Assembly: GCA_964392925.1 (NCBI GenBank)
Contig: CAYMRP010000007.1
Coordinates: forward strand, 2,214 to 66,213
Source of the DNA: an uncultured Gammaproteobacteria bacterium
GTDB taxonomy: Bacteria; Patescibacteriota; Microgenomatia; Daviesbacterales; UBA10151
Direction: 5' to 3'
DNA: 64,000 bases
The notes under the pieces were generated by a model, which saw nothing but the letters and a program-made list of their open reading frames with translations, was not told the DNA's origin and did no database searches. Each line of letters opens with the position of its first letter. Position 1 is the stretch's first letter. A program made the position numbers and the translations under genes. Positions 1-9,399 of the stretch are shown one piece after another.

Positions 1-85
1 AGCTTAGTTGGACTCCTATATGGGCACTAATTTTAGGGATGGGAATAATTGTTATGTTGATATTTTCAATTAATGGATTTAATTT

Positions 86-568
86 ATGAAAACATTATTA
101 ATATATGACTCTGCCTTTGGGAATACAAAGAAGATTGCCGATGCGATAAAGGAGGGTTTGGAAGGTGAGGTGATAAGTTTACAGGCAGAAGAAATGAATA
201 TATCGCACCTGAAGGATTGTGATTTATTGATAGTGGGATCGCCAACACAGGGAGGAAGGCCCACAGAGGCGGTGAGTAATATGTTAAACAAAATTCCTAA
301 AGGAAAATTAGAGGGGACTGGGGTGGCCGCTTTTGATACCAGATTTTCGAAGCGGAAGCAGAATTTTGGGTTGAGAATTTTAATGATGGTAATTGGTTTT
401 GCGGCCGAAAAAATAGCTTCTGTTCTAGTAAATAAGGGCGGTAAGTTAATAGAAGATCCGCAGGGATTTATAGTTGAGAAAAAAGAAGGCCCTCTTAGAA
501 GTGCTGAATTTGAGAGAGCCAGACTTTGGGGGTCAGAGCTTCAGATGAGGTTGGGTAAAGCCAATTAA
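86..568 (+). CDS. Flavodoxin family protein
   Basis: YDSAFGNTKKIA FMN-binding loop; LIVGSPTQGG; AAFDTR motif. Confidence 0.85.
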   Translation: MKTLLIYDSAFGNTKKIADAIKEGLEGEVISLQAEEMNISHLKDCDLLIVGSPTQGGRPTEAVSNMLNKIPKGKLEGTGVAAFDTRFSKRKQNFGLRILMMVIGFAAEKIASVLVNKGGKLIEDPQGFIVEKKEGPLRSAEFERARLWGSELQMRLGKAN

Positions 569-587
569 AGTTGTAGAATAGTTAATA

Positions 588-2219
588 ATGAATCTTCAAA
601 TTATACGCGGAGTTTTTCTAGCAGTTATTATACTTTTACTTCCTACGCGAGTGCTAGCCGAAGAGAAAATTAATTCCTTTGATACAAATATAGTTGCCCA
701 TAAAGATGGGACAATGACAGTTACTGAGAGTATAGTTTATGACTTTGGTGATGATAACCGGCACGGGATTTTTAGAGAGATTCCTTTGGTTTCTAAAGTA
801 GGTGAGTTATTCAGAATTATTGAGATAGATTTTAATGAAGTTAAGCGGGATGGGAAGGATGAGAATTTTGAGATAGAGAATAGGTTAAAAACTGCTGAGA
901 TTAAAATTGGAGATCCAGATAAAGAGATAACCGGCAAACATAACTACATTATTATATATACAGTTAAAAATGGGATTGGCAGTAATTATGAGGATCATGA
1001 TGAGATTTATTGGAATGCGACGGGAAACGAATGGCAAATTCCGATCGAAAATGCGAGCTATCAGATTGAAAGTGATTTTGGGGCTTTAATAATTGGGTCT
1101 GTTTGTTATACCGGGCCGGTTAGATCTAAATTTCAAAATTGCCAGATTTCCGGAAATAAAATAACTACGACTGAAGAACTAGGATCGTATCAGGGATTAA
1201 CTGTGGCGACTAAATTTCCGGTGAACACTTTCCCTAAATCTTTACTGTCGAAGTCGGAACCAGTATTTGATCCGGATTTTATAAACTTATTAAAGATCTA
1301 TTTACCAATTTTGTTTATTCTGAATTTTATTGTGGCACCCGCTATTTTGTATAAGTATTTTAAAAGTCGAAGAGGGAAAAACTACGGTAAAGCAGGAGTT
1401 AGTTTTGATATTCCTAAAGACCTATTACCGGCTGAGGCTGGAATAATTGATAATGCAACACTCGAGCGTAATGATGTAATTGCCGGAATATTTGATTTGG
1501 CCATTAAAAAGTTTTTAAAAATTGAGGAAGTAAAAGTTGTGAAAACATTAAGACCAGACGAAACAGACTACAAATTTATAAAACTAAAAGAGTATCAGGG
1601 GGAAGATAAATTTTATCAGCATTTAATGGAGGATTTATTCAACGGCAGGAATGAAATTCTAATGAAGGATTTAAAAGCCGATTTTTATAAAACTTTTAAT
1701 AAATTGGAGACGGCTGCATTTAGTTCGCTCATCAAAAAGAATTTCTATACCAAGAATCCAAAAGGAGAGATGACGTTTTTGTTGGTGATAGGGATAATAA
1801 TACTTTTTATCGGAAATATAATCTTGGGGCCGGTATTAATATTTCTTTCCAGAAAGTTAACTGGCAGAACTGAAAAAGGAGACCAGGCAGATCATCAAAT
1901 TGAGGGCTTAAAGATATTTCTAAAAGCGATGAGCAGACATCATAAATTTCAATCGAAAAATTTAATTGCGGTTGAAAAATATATTCCTTTTGCAATTGCA
2001 TTAGGGCTTCAGAATGAGTTTATGGATCAGTTAAAAGTTATTGATCCAAATTATAATCCGAGCTGGTATAGCGGAAATCACGGATTTTATTATGTGTATC
2101 CGAGTATGTATTCCTCGATGGGTTCAAATATGACCACCTCAGCTCCTTCATCATCGTCGGGCTTTTCTGGCGGGTCATCAGGCGGCGGCGGAGGTGGAGG
2201 CGGCGGCGGAAGCTGGTAG
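588..2219 (+). CDS. DUF2207-type membrane protein
   Basis: Signal peptide, HGIFREIP and YWNATGNEW motifs, TM segments, C-terminal SSGFSGGSSGGGGGGGGGGSW tail. Confidence 0.85.
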   Translation: MNLQIIRGVFLAVIILLLPTRVLAEEKINSFDTNIVAHKDGTMTVTESIVYDFGDDNRHGIFREIPLVSKVGELFRIIEIDFNEVKRDGKDENFEIENRLKTAEIKIGDPDKEITGKHNYIIIYTVKNGIGSNYEDHDEIYWNATGNEWQIPIENASYQIESDFGALIIGSVCYTGPVRSKFQNCQISGNKITTTEELGSYQGLTVATKFPVNTFPKSLLSKSEPVFDPDFINLLKIYLPILFILNFIVAPAILYKYFKSRRGKNYGKAGVSFDIPKDLLPAEAGIIDNATLERNDVIAGIFDLAIKKFLKIEEVKVVKTLRPDETDYKFIKLKEYQGEDKFYQHLMEDLFNGRNEILMKDLKADFYKTFNKLETAAFSSLIKKNFYTKNPKGEMTFLLVIGIIILFIGNIILGPVLIFLSRKLTGRTEKGDQADHQIEGLKIFLKAMSRHHKFQSKNLIAVEKYIPFAIALGLQNEFMDQLKVIDPNYNPSWYSGNHGFYYVYPSMYSSMGSNMTTSAPSSSSGFSGGSSGGGGGGGGGGSW

Positions 2220-2297
2220 TTTAAATGGGTCATGAGTCAGGGGTTTTGATTCAGAGTGGGATTGAAATTGAGGAAATAGAGGGATATAATCTCGCGT

Positions 2298-2969
2298 ATG
2301 AACAGGAACACAATAGTTACAATTATCGTAATAGTGATAGCTTTAGCCGCAGGTGGTTATTACATGATGAGCCGGCAAGCAGCTCAACCGGCTAATACCG
2401 AAACCCAGAATATATCTGACAATACAAATTCCGGCTTAACTAAAATGACTTTGAAGGACTTTATGAATATGTCCGGCAGTCAGAAATGTCAATTTTCGGA
2501 TACAGAAACCGGCAGTTCAGGAGAGGTTTTTATCGCTGATGGTAAAACTCGAGGCGATTTTTCAACTAGTAACCAGGGCAAAGAAATGAAGTCTCATATG
2601 ATTAATGATGGTCAGAATGTTTATATATGGATGGATGACCAAACAACGGGTTTTAAAACCTCACTTTCAGCGGTTGAAGAAATGAGTAAAATGCAGGGAA
2701 CTACTGGTGTTAGTCAGACTGTTGATATAAATAAAGAAGTTGATTACAAATGCGAGAGTTGGAGCGCGGACTCATTAAAGTTTGGAGTTCCAGTTGAAAT
2801 AAAATTTCAGGATATGGGAGCGATGATGAAAAATATTCAGGGTATGCAAAGTATGTCACCAAGTTCGACTGATGATTCGATAAAAGGCAGTAAAGAGGCA
2901 TGCGGTGCTTGTGATAATTTAGAAGGCGAACAAAGAGATTCTTGTCGATCGGCTTTAAAGTGTAGCTGA
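2298..2969 (+). CDS. Hypothetical membrane-anchored/exported protein with C-terminal Cys cluster
   Basis: N-terminal hydrophobic anchor; CGACD...C...C end; upstream TTGAAA-17-TATAAT. Confidence 0.7.
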   Translation: MNRNTIVTIIVIVIALAAGGYYMMSRQAAQPANTETQNISDNTNSGLTKMTLKDFMNMSGSQKCQFSDTETGSSGEVFIADGKTRGDFSTSNQGKEMKSHMINDGQNVYIWMDDQTTGFKTSLSAVEEMSKMQGTTGVSQTVDINKEVDYKCESWSADSLKFGVPVEIKFQDMGAMMKNIQGMQSMSPSSTDDSIKGSKEACGACDNLEGEQRDSCRSALKCS

Positions 2970-3037
2970 CTTCAGAATTCATAATTAGCTCTGCATACTC
3001 GCGATTCATACATTCAAAGGCTTGATAAATAGTTTGA

Positions 3038-3066
3038 TGGACTTTTAGGATAGTTAGATTTATACT
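3038..3066 (+). promoter_or_regulatory. Putative sigma70 promoter of ATP-grasp gene
   Basis: TGGACT-17bp-TATACT. Confidence 0.45.
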
Positions 3067-3094
3067 AAATAGTTTAGTAAATACCGCTAGGTCT

Positions 3095-3128
3095 GCCGTT
3101 AGCTAGTTTTAGCAAGCGGCTTTCTTTT
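3095..3128 (+). terminator. Terminator-like hairpin in 5' leader of the ATP-grasp gene (possible attenuator)
   Basis: GCCGTTAGCTA-GTTT-TAGCAAGCGGC followed by TTTCTTTT, 8 nt before ATG. Confidence 0.45.
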
Positions 3129-3136
3129 CGGCCAAC

Positions 3137-4462
3137 ATGATTACACAACCATATCAAATACACCAAAATGATCGGGAGCAGCAGGCCAGAAATTTAGGGC
3201 TGTCATTGGGGGAGTTTGACAGACTGGTTGAATCATCAAATAAGGCTTTTGAAACTTTTTATGATTTAGGTCCTTTTTATGGTAATGAGGAAATTAAAGA
3301 GCCAACATTTAGAGTTACAGCTGAACCAGTGAAATTGCCAAAAGGGTCAAAATTGATTCTTGAGAATTTAGGAGTTGACCTGTTCCATTTGGCAAAAGCT
3401 TTAAAGAATTTGCCAGAGCCAGTCAAACAAAAATTGGGTAATGATTTGGATTTTCATATTCCACCAACTTGGAGGATTGATGTGATTATTTCAGAGAATG
3501 GTAAATTACGAGTAAATGAAATAGAAGGTAGAGATGGAGCTAATGCTTTGATGATTGCTGAGCAACTTGCTTATGATCTAATTCCGTTAAAGAATTCAAC
3601 AGCAGCGAAACTTATTCCGGCTTTAAAAGCCATGACTGCAAAATCGGATGAGATAAAATTAGCTTTAGTCAGACTAGATATAACTCACGATGCATATGCA
3701 GTTAATGCGGAAAAATTTATAAGCTTTATAAAGAGACTGTCAACGAATGAAGTGATTGTAGAGCATTTAAATGAAACTGATATTAGATCCGGACTTCTAA
3801 AACCAAAATGGGAAGAGTACGACGGGATTTTGAATGAGGGATCATTGTCGCCAAAGGATCTCTTTGAATTGGGTGCCAAGGAGGAACAACTATTGGCAGC
3901 CGGGAACTATAACGCTCTTGTTAATAAAGGGACTATTGCAATTCTTTTTGATGAAACTTTGAGTGATTTTTGGACAAATAATTTAGGAGTAGAAAGATTT
4001 GAAAGGCTTAAGGAGATACTGATATATTCAAGATTTATAGAGTCGAAAGAAGATTTAGAAAAAGCAAGAAAAGGTAAAAAGGTTGTGAAGGTTTCTTGGG
4101 CAGGAAGTGATATTTCTTTGATAAACCGGTCAAAAGGTGTGGCGTTGCCGGAAGGGGCAATGGTTCAGGCGAGTATCGAGAGGTGGGAGATGTTAAAAGA
4201 TTTGGTTGATAAAGGTGTCAAAATTGTTGCTCAAGATTTTGTGACACCAGCCAGAATCCCGGCATATTTGCGGAAAAAGGGCACGAATTTGGAATATGTG
4301 GAATGGTATAACCGTTTGTGTGTAAAGTATGTTGTAAATGGTAATCCAAATGATGATACGAACCCGTCTATTTCGTTGACTGCTGCTGAAGTGACACTTG
4401 GTCCAGATATTGTGCCTGCAGGTCGAAGTTGTGCATTTACAGCCGCATCTTTTGATGAATAA
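3137..4462 (+). CDS. Circularly permuted / glutathionylspermidine-synthase-like ATP-grasp amide ligase
   Basis: WRIDV...RVNEIEG, NKGTIAIL, VVKVS...SKGVAL, IVAQDFV motifs in ATP-grasp order. Confidence 0.6.
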   Translation: MITQPYQIHQNDREQQARNLGLSLGEFDRLVESSNKAFETFYDLGPFYGNEEIKEPTFRVTAEPVKLPKGSKLILENLGVDLFHLAKALKNLPEPVKQKLGNDLDFHIPPTWRIDVIISENGKLRVNEIEGRDGANALMIAEQLAYDLIPLKNSTAAKLIPALKAMTAKSDEIKLALVRLDITHDAYAVNAEKFISFIKRLSTNEVIVEHLNETDIRSGLLKPKWEEYDGILNEGSLSPKDLFELGAKEEQLLAAGNYNALVNKGTIAILFDETLSDFWTNNLGVERFERLKEILIYSRFIESKEDLEKARKGKKVVKVSWAGSDISLINRSKGVALPEGAMVQASIERWEMLKDLVDKGVKIVAQDFVTPARIPAYLRKKGTNLEYVEWYNRLCVKYVVNGNPNDDTNPSISLTAAEVTLGPDIVPAGRSCAFTAASFDE

Positions 4463-4466
4463 AAAT

Positions 4467-4494
4467 TTGACATTTGATTAGGATAGGCTATAAT
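4467..4494 (+). promoter_or_regulatory. Consensus sigma70 promoter for tRNA-like gene
   Basis: TTGACA-16bp-TATAAT. Confidence 0.85.
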
Positions 4495-4512
4495 ATGCAT
4501 TGGTAAATTTTT

Positions 4513-4614
4513 GGAGGGGTCGCATAGTCGGCCTAGTGCCACGGAGTATGGATTTCCTTACAGCCGTGCCTCGCGATTGCGGGGACGTATGTTCGAATCG
4601 TACCCCCTCCGCCA
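4513..4614 (+). tRNA. tRNA-Ser-like RNA with extended non-canonical anticodon arm
   Basis: Acceptor GGAGGGG/CCCCTCC, G73, encoded CCA; D arm GCAT-AGTCGGCCTA-GTGC; long variable arm CCTCGC-GATT-GCGGGG; T arm GTATG-TTCGAAT-CGTAC; stem CACGG/CCGTG encloses 19 nt. Confidence 0.75.
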
Positions 4615-4616
4615 GC

Positions 4617-4646
4617 AAAGGAGGAGCTTAACCGCTCCTCCTTTTT
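4617..4646 (+). terminator. Intrinsic terminator after tRNA-like gene
   Basis: AAAGGAGGAGC-TTAACC-GCTCCTCCTTTTT. Confidence 0.85.
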
Positions 4647-4753
4647 AGTAGAAAAGCATTTTGTTGAAGTGCGATTTTTGAAAAATTAAGTTACAATTAA
4701 GTTTCGGCTCCAGGTCTTTTGAAATAAAATTTATATCTAAAAAATAAAACACT

Positions 4754-6370
4754 ATGATAGACCAACCCACGACTCCTACTTATGCTGATGATAATAATAA
4801 AGCTCAGCAGTTTAAAGCATTTGATACCGGGACTGAAAAAAGCGATAGCAATTTAACTCCAGAATCTTTTGAAGCCTTTAAAAAGTATGTTTTTTCAGAG
4901 CAGACCAATATAAGCAATCTTTATAATGAGATTGGTGAAACACCATTTTATAATTACTCAAGGGCACAAGTTAGGGAGAATAGAAACAAGATCACCAGAA
5001 GCCGGAAACTTGAATCAATTCCGATAATTAAAGAAGAAGTACGAAGAGTGTTGGGAAGCGAGATTGCAGAAAGTGTTGGTAAGCAACTTAAAACTAATGA
5101 TAGTATCGCGACGGTCCAGCATCACGCGCCTTTAGGGCATCCGGATACTTTGAATGCGACCATTGCTGGAGCTTTGCCTTACTTTGGCTCAAGCAATCCA
5201 GAACACCAAAATCTCTTAGTGTTTGCCTGCGCGGGTGTGTCGTTTAATAATGCTAAATTTCCTAAGGGTCATCTATTCCACAGCATGGTTGAGGGGAAAT
5301 TAAGCACACATCAATTTACTTTTTTTGGACATACTGTTGATCCGCGTCCGGTGATGCATCATCATGCTTATGATTATGAAGATATAGTTAGTATTCAAAA
5401 CGCCAGACAACAGCAAAAGAGGGAAGGCTTAATAACTGAGGATACATACAATAGATTAATGAGTTTAGTCAAAGAGATTTACAGTTCCCCACATCCTTTA
5501 TCTTTGAATGATTATGTTGATCAAGTAACAGTAAGCAATTACTGGTTATTTAAAAAGTTATTTGAGAATTATAAAAAGAGTGTTCCTAATTTGGTATTTT
5601 TGTCACAAGAAAAAATAGCCCTTCAGTTGATGATGGCATATCACTTAGATAATAAAACTTCTATAAACAGAATGATGTTTGATTCTGAGGTTTTGGATTT
5701 GATCGAAACTCATTTTGACGGAATATCAGGTGCATTTTCAAAGAAGGAAGGGCTCGGAACATTTCTTTTTTGGGCATTACCAAAACATGGTAAGTATAGA
5801 GTTCAGCTTTATAGAAATGGAAATTTCTTAGAGGATAAAGAAGGATCTTATAAAGTAGAGTTAACACCGGAGAGCATAAGAAAAGCGGTTAACAATAACG
5901 AACTTATTCCATCAGTTATGTTAAGTTTTTCGATTCTAGCTTGTTACTACGGTTATATTTTAGGCGGCGGACATCTGCAGACAGAATATTTAGCACAAAT
6001 GAAAGAAGCTTATGCAAAAGTTATGGAAAAAGTGGGGGAGATTGAGAGCGTTGAAGCGGTTGAGGGATTAACTACAAATAATTTTTTGATACCCCGGCCG
6101 ACTTTACTATATTTAAAATCGAATGGAAAAAGAATTCCGGCAACGGGAATTGATATGCTGATGTACGGTGACCGGGGAGAGAATTGGTCATTAATTTTGG
6201 AGGCTTCTAAAAAAGTTACAATGGGAAAAATAATTGAAAGAATTTTGCCTGGGCTTTTAAGAGATACCAACGACACAGAGAATGTTGAAATGTCTAAAAT
6301 TACAGAACGGGATATCGAAGAATTCAATGGACTAGATAAAATAATTCCAGAGATGTTTGAGATAAACTAA
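4754..6370 (+). CDS. Hypothetical protein (538 aa, enzyme-like, QHH...GHP motif)
   Basis: Long ORF, globular composition, no family recognised. Confidence 0.75.
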   Translation: MIDQPTTPTYADDNNKAQQFKAFDTGTEKSDSNLTPESFEAFKKYVFSEQTNISNLYNEIGETPFYNYSRAQVRENRNKITRSRKLESIPIIKEEVRRVLGSEIAESVGKQLKTNDSIATVQHHAPLGHPDTLNATIAGALPYFGSSNPEHQNLLVFACAGVSFNNAKFPKGHLFHSMVEGKLSTHQFTFFGHTVDPRPVMHHHAYDYEDIVSIQNARQQQKREGLITEDTYNRLMSLVKEIYSSPHPLSLNDYVDQVTVSNYWLFKKLFENYKKSVPNLVFLSQEKIALQLMMAYHLDNKTSINRMMFDSEVLDLIETHFDGISGAFSKKEGLGTFLFWALPKHGKYRVQLYRNGNFLEDKEGSYKVELTPESIRKAVNNNELIPSVMLSFSILACYYGYILGGGHLQTEYLAQMKEAYAKVMEKVGEIESVEAVEGLTTNNFLIPRPTLLYLKSNGKRIPATGIDMLMYGDRGENWSLILEASKKVTMGKIIERILPGLLRDTNDTENVEMSKITERDIEEFNGLDKIIPEMFEIN

Positions 6371-6463
6371 CTCCTCCTGCAAGATCGCTTTAAAATACAC
6401 AAATCACACATTAAGATCCGTCCTATAGTTTAATTTTAGTTAATTTTTTAGTATAATTAACTA

Positions 6464-7204
6464 ATGATAGAAGAACTGATTGTCGGATCCCGGGCTGACA
6501 GACGACTTTTAAGAAAGCCGACAGCTGAAATACGCGATCTCTCTAAGCTTGTCCCAAAATTATATGATGTTTCTGGCGGTGGGGTTTGCTCTAAAACACC
6601 TACTAATTATAGTGGGAGTTTGATACTGGCTTTGATGAATAATGCTGATGAAAGTAGAGGGTTGGAATGTGGAGCTGAATCACCAGTAACAATTTTAAAT
6701 GAGATAGATATCTCTATCTATAATAAAGAGTTGCGAAGGTATACGAAAACCGGATTTAGAGCTGGGCAAGTTATACGTAAAATGGGCTGTGGGATGGATC
6801 TAGGTTTGGTAACTTCAGGACCAATGTCAGGACTAGTCGTTAAAGCTGAGGAGTCTTCTGTGGCTAATAATCAAATGTACGCTGTTAGAGTTTTGAATGA
6901 TCTGCCGGTTGGGGAAGGAGGCTCTCCTGATCCCGCTGATTCAGCTATTTCTCATAGTTTGGTAAATCACAAGCAGCTGACTTCAGCATATAAGAAAGAG
7001 GTGGAGAAAGTGGTGTTTGAGAATCCTAATGCCCATGAGTCAGATTTAATTTTCTCTTTATGTGCGAGGTTGGGGATAGCTGTAGATCGTGAATCCTTTC
7101 ATATCACCAGATGGATAACTCCTGAGAAGGCTATCAGGGAAGAGGCGGCAATAAGGGAAGAGCTTTTTAGAGATTTTGAAGAGGCTCTTTTGGGCGGCCG
7201 TTAA
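6464..7204 (+). CDS. Hypothetical protein (possible degenerate peptide-deformylase fold)
   Basis: 246-aa ORF with upstream TATAAT; weak motif resemblance only. Confidence 0.6.
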   Translation: MIEELIVGSRADRRLLRKPTAEIRDLSKLVPKLYDVSGGGVCSKTPTNYSGSLILALMNNADESRGLECGAESPVTILNEIDISIYNKELRRYTKTGFRAGQVIRKMGCGMDLGLVTSGPMSGLVVKAEESSVANNQMYAVRVLNDLPVGEGGSPDPADSAISHSLVNHKQLTSAYKKEVEKVVFENPNAHESDLIFSLCARLGIAVDRESFHITRWITPEKAIREEAAIREELFRDFEEALLGGR

Positions 7205-7668
7205 GATTTTGATTTTAAGAAGAAAGATATTACTGCAGAATAGATAGTTCCAAAGATTAGACTAAATAGAAATTGGGCAATCATATCCGCCATAACGACT
7301 GATTCAAAAGAAGTGTTGTTGTCTAATTGGTATGCGTCTCTAACAAAACCTACGATTTCCGGATTAACTAAATAATAATAAGCGGCGAAAATAAATGGAG
7401 AAACAATCCCAAAAACTAGCGAAATTCTAATACCTTCCAAAAGGCCTTGTTTGAAAGTGAGTTTGCCTTTTTGGAGAGATTTTTTAGAGCGAATTCCTAA
7501 AAACCAAACTATAAAAGGAGCTATTACGATGGTAGACATTTCGATGGGGGATTGGCCGGGGAAGTGGGTTTGGTATTGGCCGCTAAGCTGCATCACAGAG
7601 AGCATTAGAACAATAATGCCTGACATGATAAGGCCGTATTTTATATAATTTTGGTTTAGAAGTTTCAC
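7201..7668 (-). CDS. DUF4199-like four-TM membrane protein
   Basis: IKYGLI start, GKLTFKQGL motif, YYYLVNPE, four hydrophobic helices. Confidence 0.7.
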   Translation of the reverse strand: MKLLNQNYIKYGLIMSGIIVLMLSVMQLSGQYQTHFPGQSPIEMSTIVIAPFIVWFLGIRSKKSLQKGKLTFKQGLLEGIRISLVFGIVSPFIFAAYYYLVNPEIVGFVRDAYQLDNNTSFESVVMADMIAQFLFSLIFGTIYSAVISFFLKSKS

Positions 7669-7767
7669 TTAGAATACTTTATCACAGTTTTTAAATTTTG
7701 AAAATTCTATTTCTTTTCTTATAAGAGGGCATAGGTTGAGATAACAGGCTAAATTATATATAATCTG

Positions 7768-8568
7768 ATGCTTATGGCGGGAGAATTTGATATTAGAGCT
7801 TTATTTGGAGATGACGAGTTGTTGGGGCTAAACCAATTACCTGAGGGACCTATGGTTCCCAAGACCCAAGTGATAAGAGAAGAATCATTTGCGGGCTGGA
7901 AAGAAAGAATGGCAATTATTCAGCCTGAAAAAGGAGAAAAGCTAGTATTGTCTTCTGGGCTTACAGATATTGAAGTTAGTACAGTTCCAAGAGTAAGTGT
8001 TGAATTTAAATGGTATACGGAGGAGTTGCCTAAAGTTTTGAGAAAAATAAAACCAGAAGACTTGCTGAATGCTCATAAGCAAATTAAAGAAATGCAGCAG
8101 TGGATGTTTGTGGATATACCAAAACTTTTAGGTTTCGGTCTCTATGATGATCGGGAGACATTCAGTAAATATCTGAAATCAACCGCAGTATCTATCAAGT
8201 TTGATGGTGATGAGAAAGATACAGATTTTAGTTTTAGAACAAAGGATGATGAATTAAGATTTGGAATAAATTTTGCTGCAAGATCGGATCGGATTCGAGC
8301 TATGAGAATTCAAGGGGGAGCAAATGGGTCGAGTACTGATTTTATTGTAGGGGTTAATTATGAACAACGAAACACCCGGGATGAGATGCTTTTAACATTA
8401 CCAGCAGATAAAAGAGGCATAACTGCTTGTAATGGAGAGGTGGGCAACTGGCTGCTAGGAACTCATCTTAGGTCGGCAAATATGGGGGACTTAACTATGC
8501 CAGGGGCTAATCTTAGTGTGGCAATGCAGGGTATAGTTGAGCGAACAATGGGTAAGCGGCAGAGATAA
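7768..8568 (+). CDS. Hypothetical protein
   Basis: 266-aa ORF preceded by TATAAT. Confidence 0.65.
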   Translation: MLMAGEFDIRALFGDDELLGLNQLPEGPMVPKTQVIREESFAGWKERMAIIQPEKGEKLVLSSGLTDIEVSTVPRVSVEFKWYTEELPKVLRKIKPEDLLNAHKQIKEMQQWMFVDIPKLLGFGLYDDRETFSKYLKSTAVSIKFDGDEKDTDFSFRTKDDELRFGINFAARSDRIRAMRIQGGANGSSTDFIVGVNYEQRNTRDEMLLTLPADKRGITACNGEVGNWLLGTHLRSANMGDLTMPGANLSVAMQGIVERTMGKRQR

Positions 8569-8577
8569 CAGATTTAC

Positions 8578-8892
8578 TTATTTCTTTTTAGCGGGCAGGC
8601 TTTTGGTGGTAATTTCAACAAGAGCACAAAGATATTCTTTATCGTCCCAATAATCTTCTGAGATTTGAAAATAGTTTTTAGCGCCCGGATAAGGAGGAGC
8701 TTCGGTGGGCGTACCAATATATTCTCTGCCTGCATCAGTAGGTTTGATAAATAATTTATCGTCGCAAACTAATCCAATAACTTTTTCGTTACAGTAAAGA
8801 GCGTACTCGCCAAACATTTTTCTAAATCTGATATTGCCAGCGTTCTCTAGTTGTTCGGTTAGGAAATTAATAGTTGAAGGGTTAGTTGCCAT
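8578..8892 (-). CDS. TfoX N-terminal domain protein
   Basis: RKMFGEYALY...GLVCDDKLFIKPT, PPYPGAK. Confidence 0.85.
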   Translation of the reverse strand: MATNPSTINFLTEQLENAGNIRFRKMFGEYALYCNEKVIGLVCDDKLFIKPTDAGREYIGTPTEAPPYPGAKNYFQISEDYWDDKEYLCALVEITTKSLPAKKK

Positions 8893-8953
8893 AAAGAGAT
8901 TATATCTTAAGTACGCTAACTTTTTTTATACTATTGGCAGTCTATACTAATGA

Positions 8954-9334
8954 GTGATAAGATACGGTATGACTCTTGAAGAGGTTGAGGATGTGGTTGA
9001 GGAAACTATAAATAATTTACCTGTCGAATTTTCGGGAGCTCTGGATAATGTTGGGGTTGTAGTTGAACCCTGGCCGACTGAGCAGGAATTTGAAGATATT
9101 AAAGCGCATCCGACAAACACATTATTATTCGGTTTATATAGAGGAATTCCAAAAACCAAAAGGCCTTGGAGTTATTCGGCTTTGCCCGATAAGATCACTA
9201 TTTATGCAGGTCCGATTTTGATGATTTCAAAAGATTTAGAGGATGCGAAAGAAAGAATAAAGAAAACTGTTTTGCATGAAATTGGTCATCATTTTGGAAT
9301 GAGTGATGAGCAATTAAGAAGCAGAGGTATATAG
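8954..9334 (+). CDS. Zincin-like metallopeptidase (DUF1025 type)
   Basis: LLFGLYRGIP, LPDKITIY, VLHEIGHHFG; start may be downstream ATG. Confidence 0.85.
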   Translation: MIRYGMTLEEVEDVVEETINNLPVEFSGALDNVGVVVEPWPTEQEFEDIKAHPTNTLLFGLYRGIPKTKRPWSYSALPDKITIYAGPILMISKDLEDAKERIKKTVLHEIGHHFGMSDEQLRSRGI

Positions 9335-9399
9335 AATATAAAGCCAAGTGTTTTTATTCGTACTTGCGGGCTAATACGAAATATAGTACTCTAAAAATC

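Noticed and set aside
4513-4614. tmRNA, tRNA-Sec, or a tRNA with an archaeal-type BHB intron
   Set aside because: No G3-U70 pair or tag ORF; 7/5 fold without a TCA anticodon; no clear bulge-helix-bulge can be drawn.
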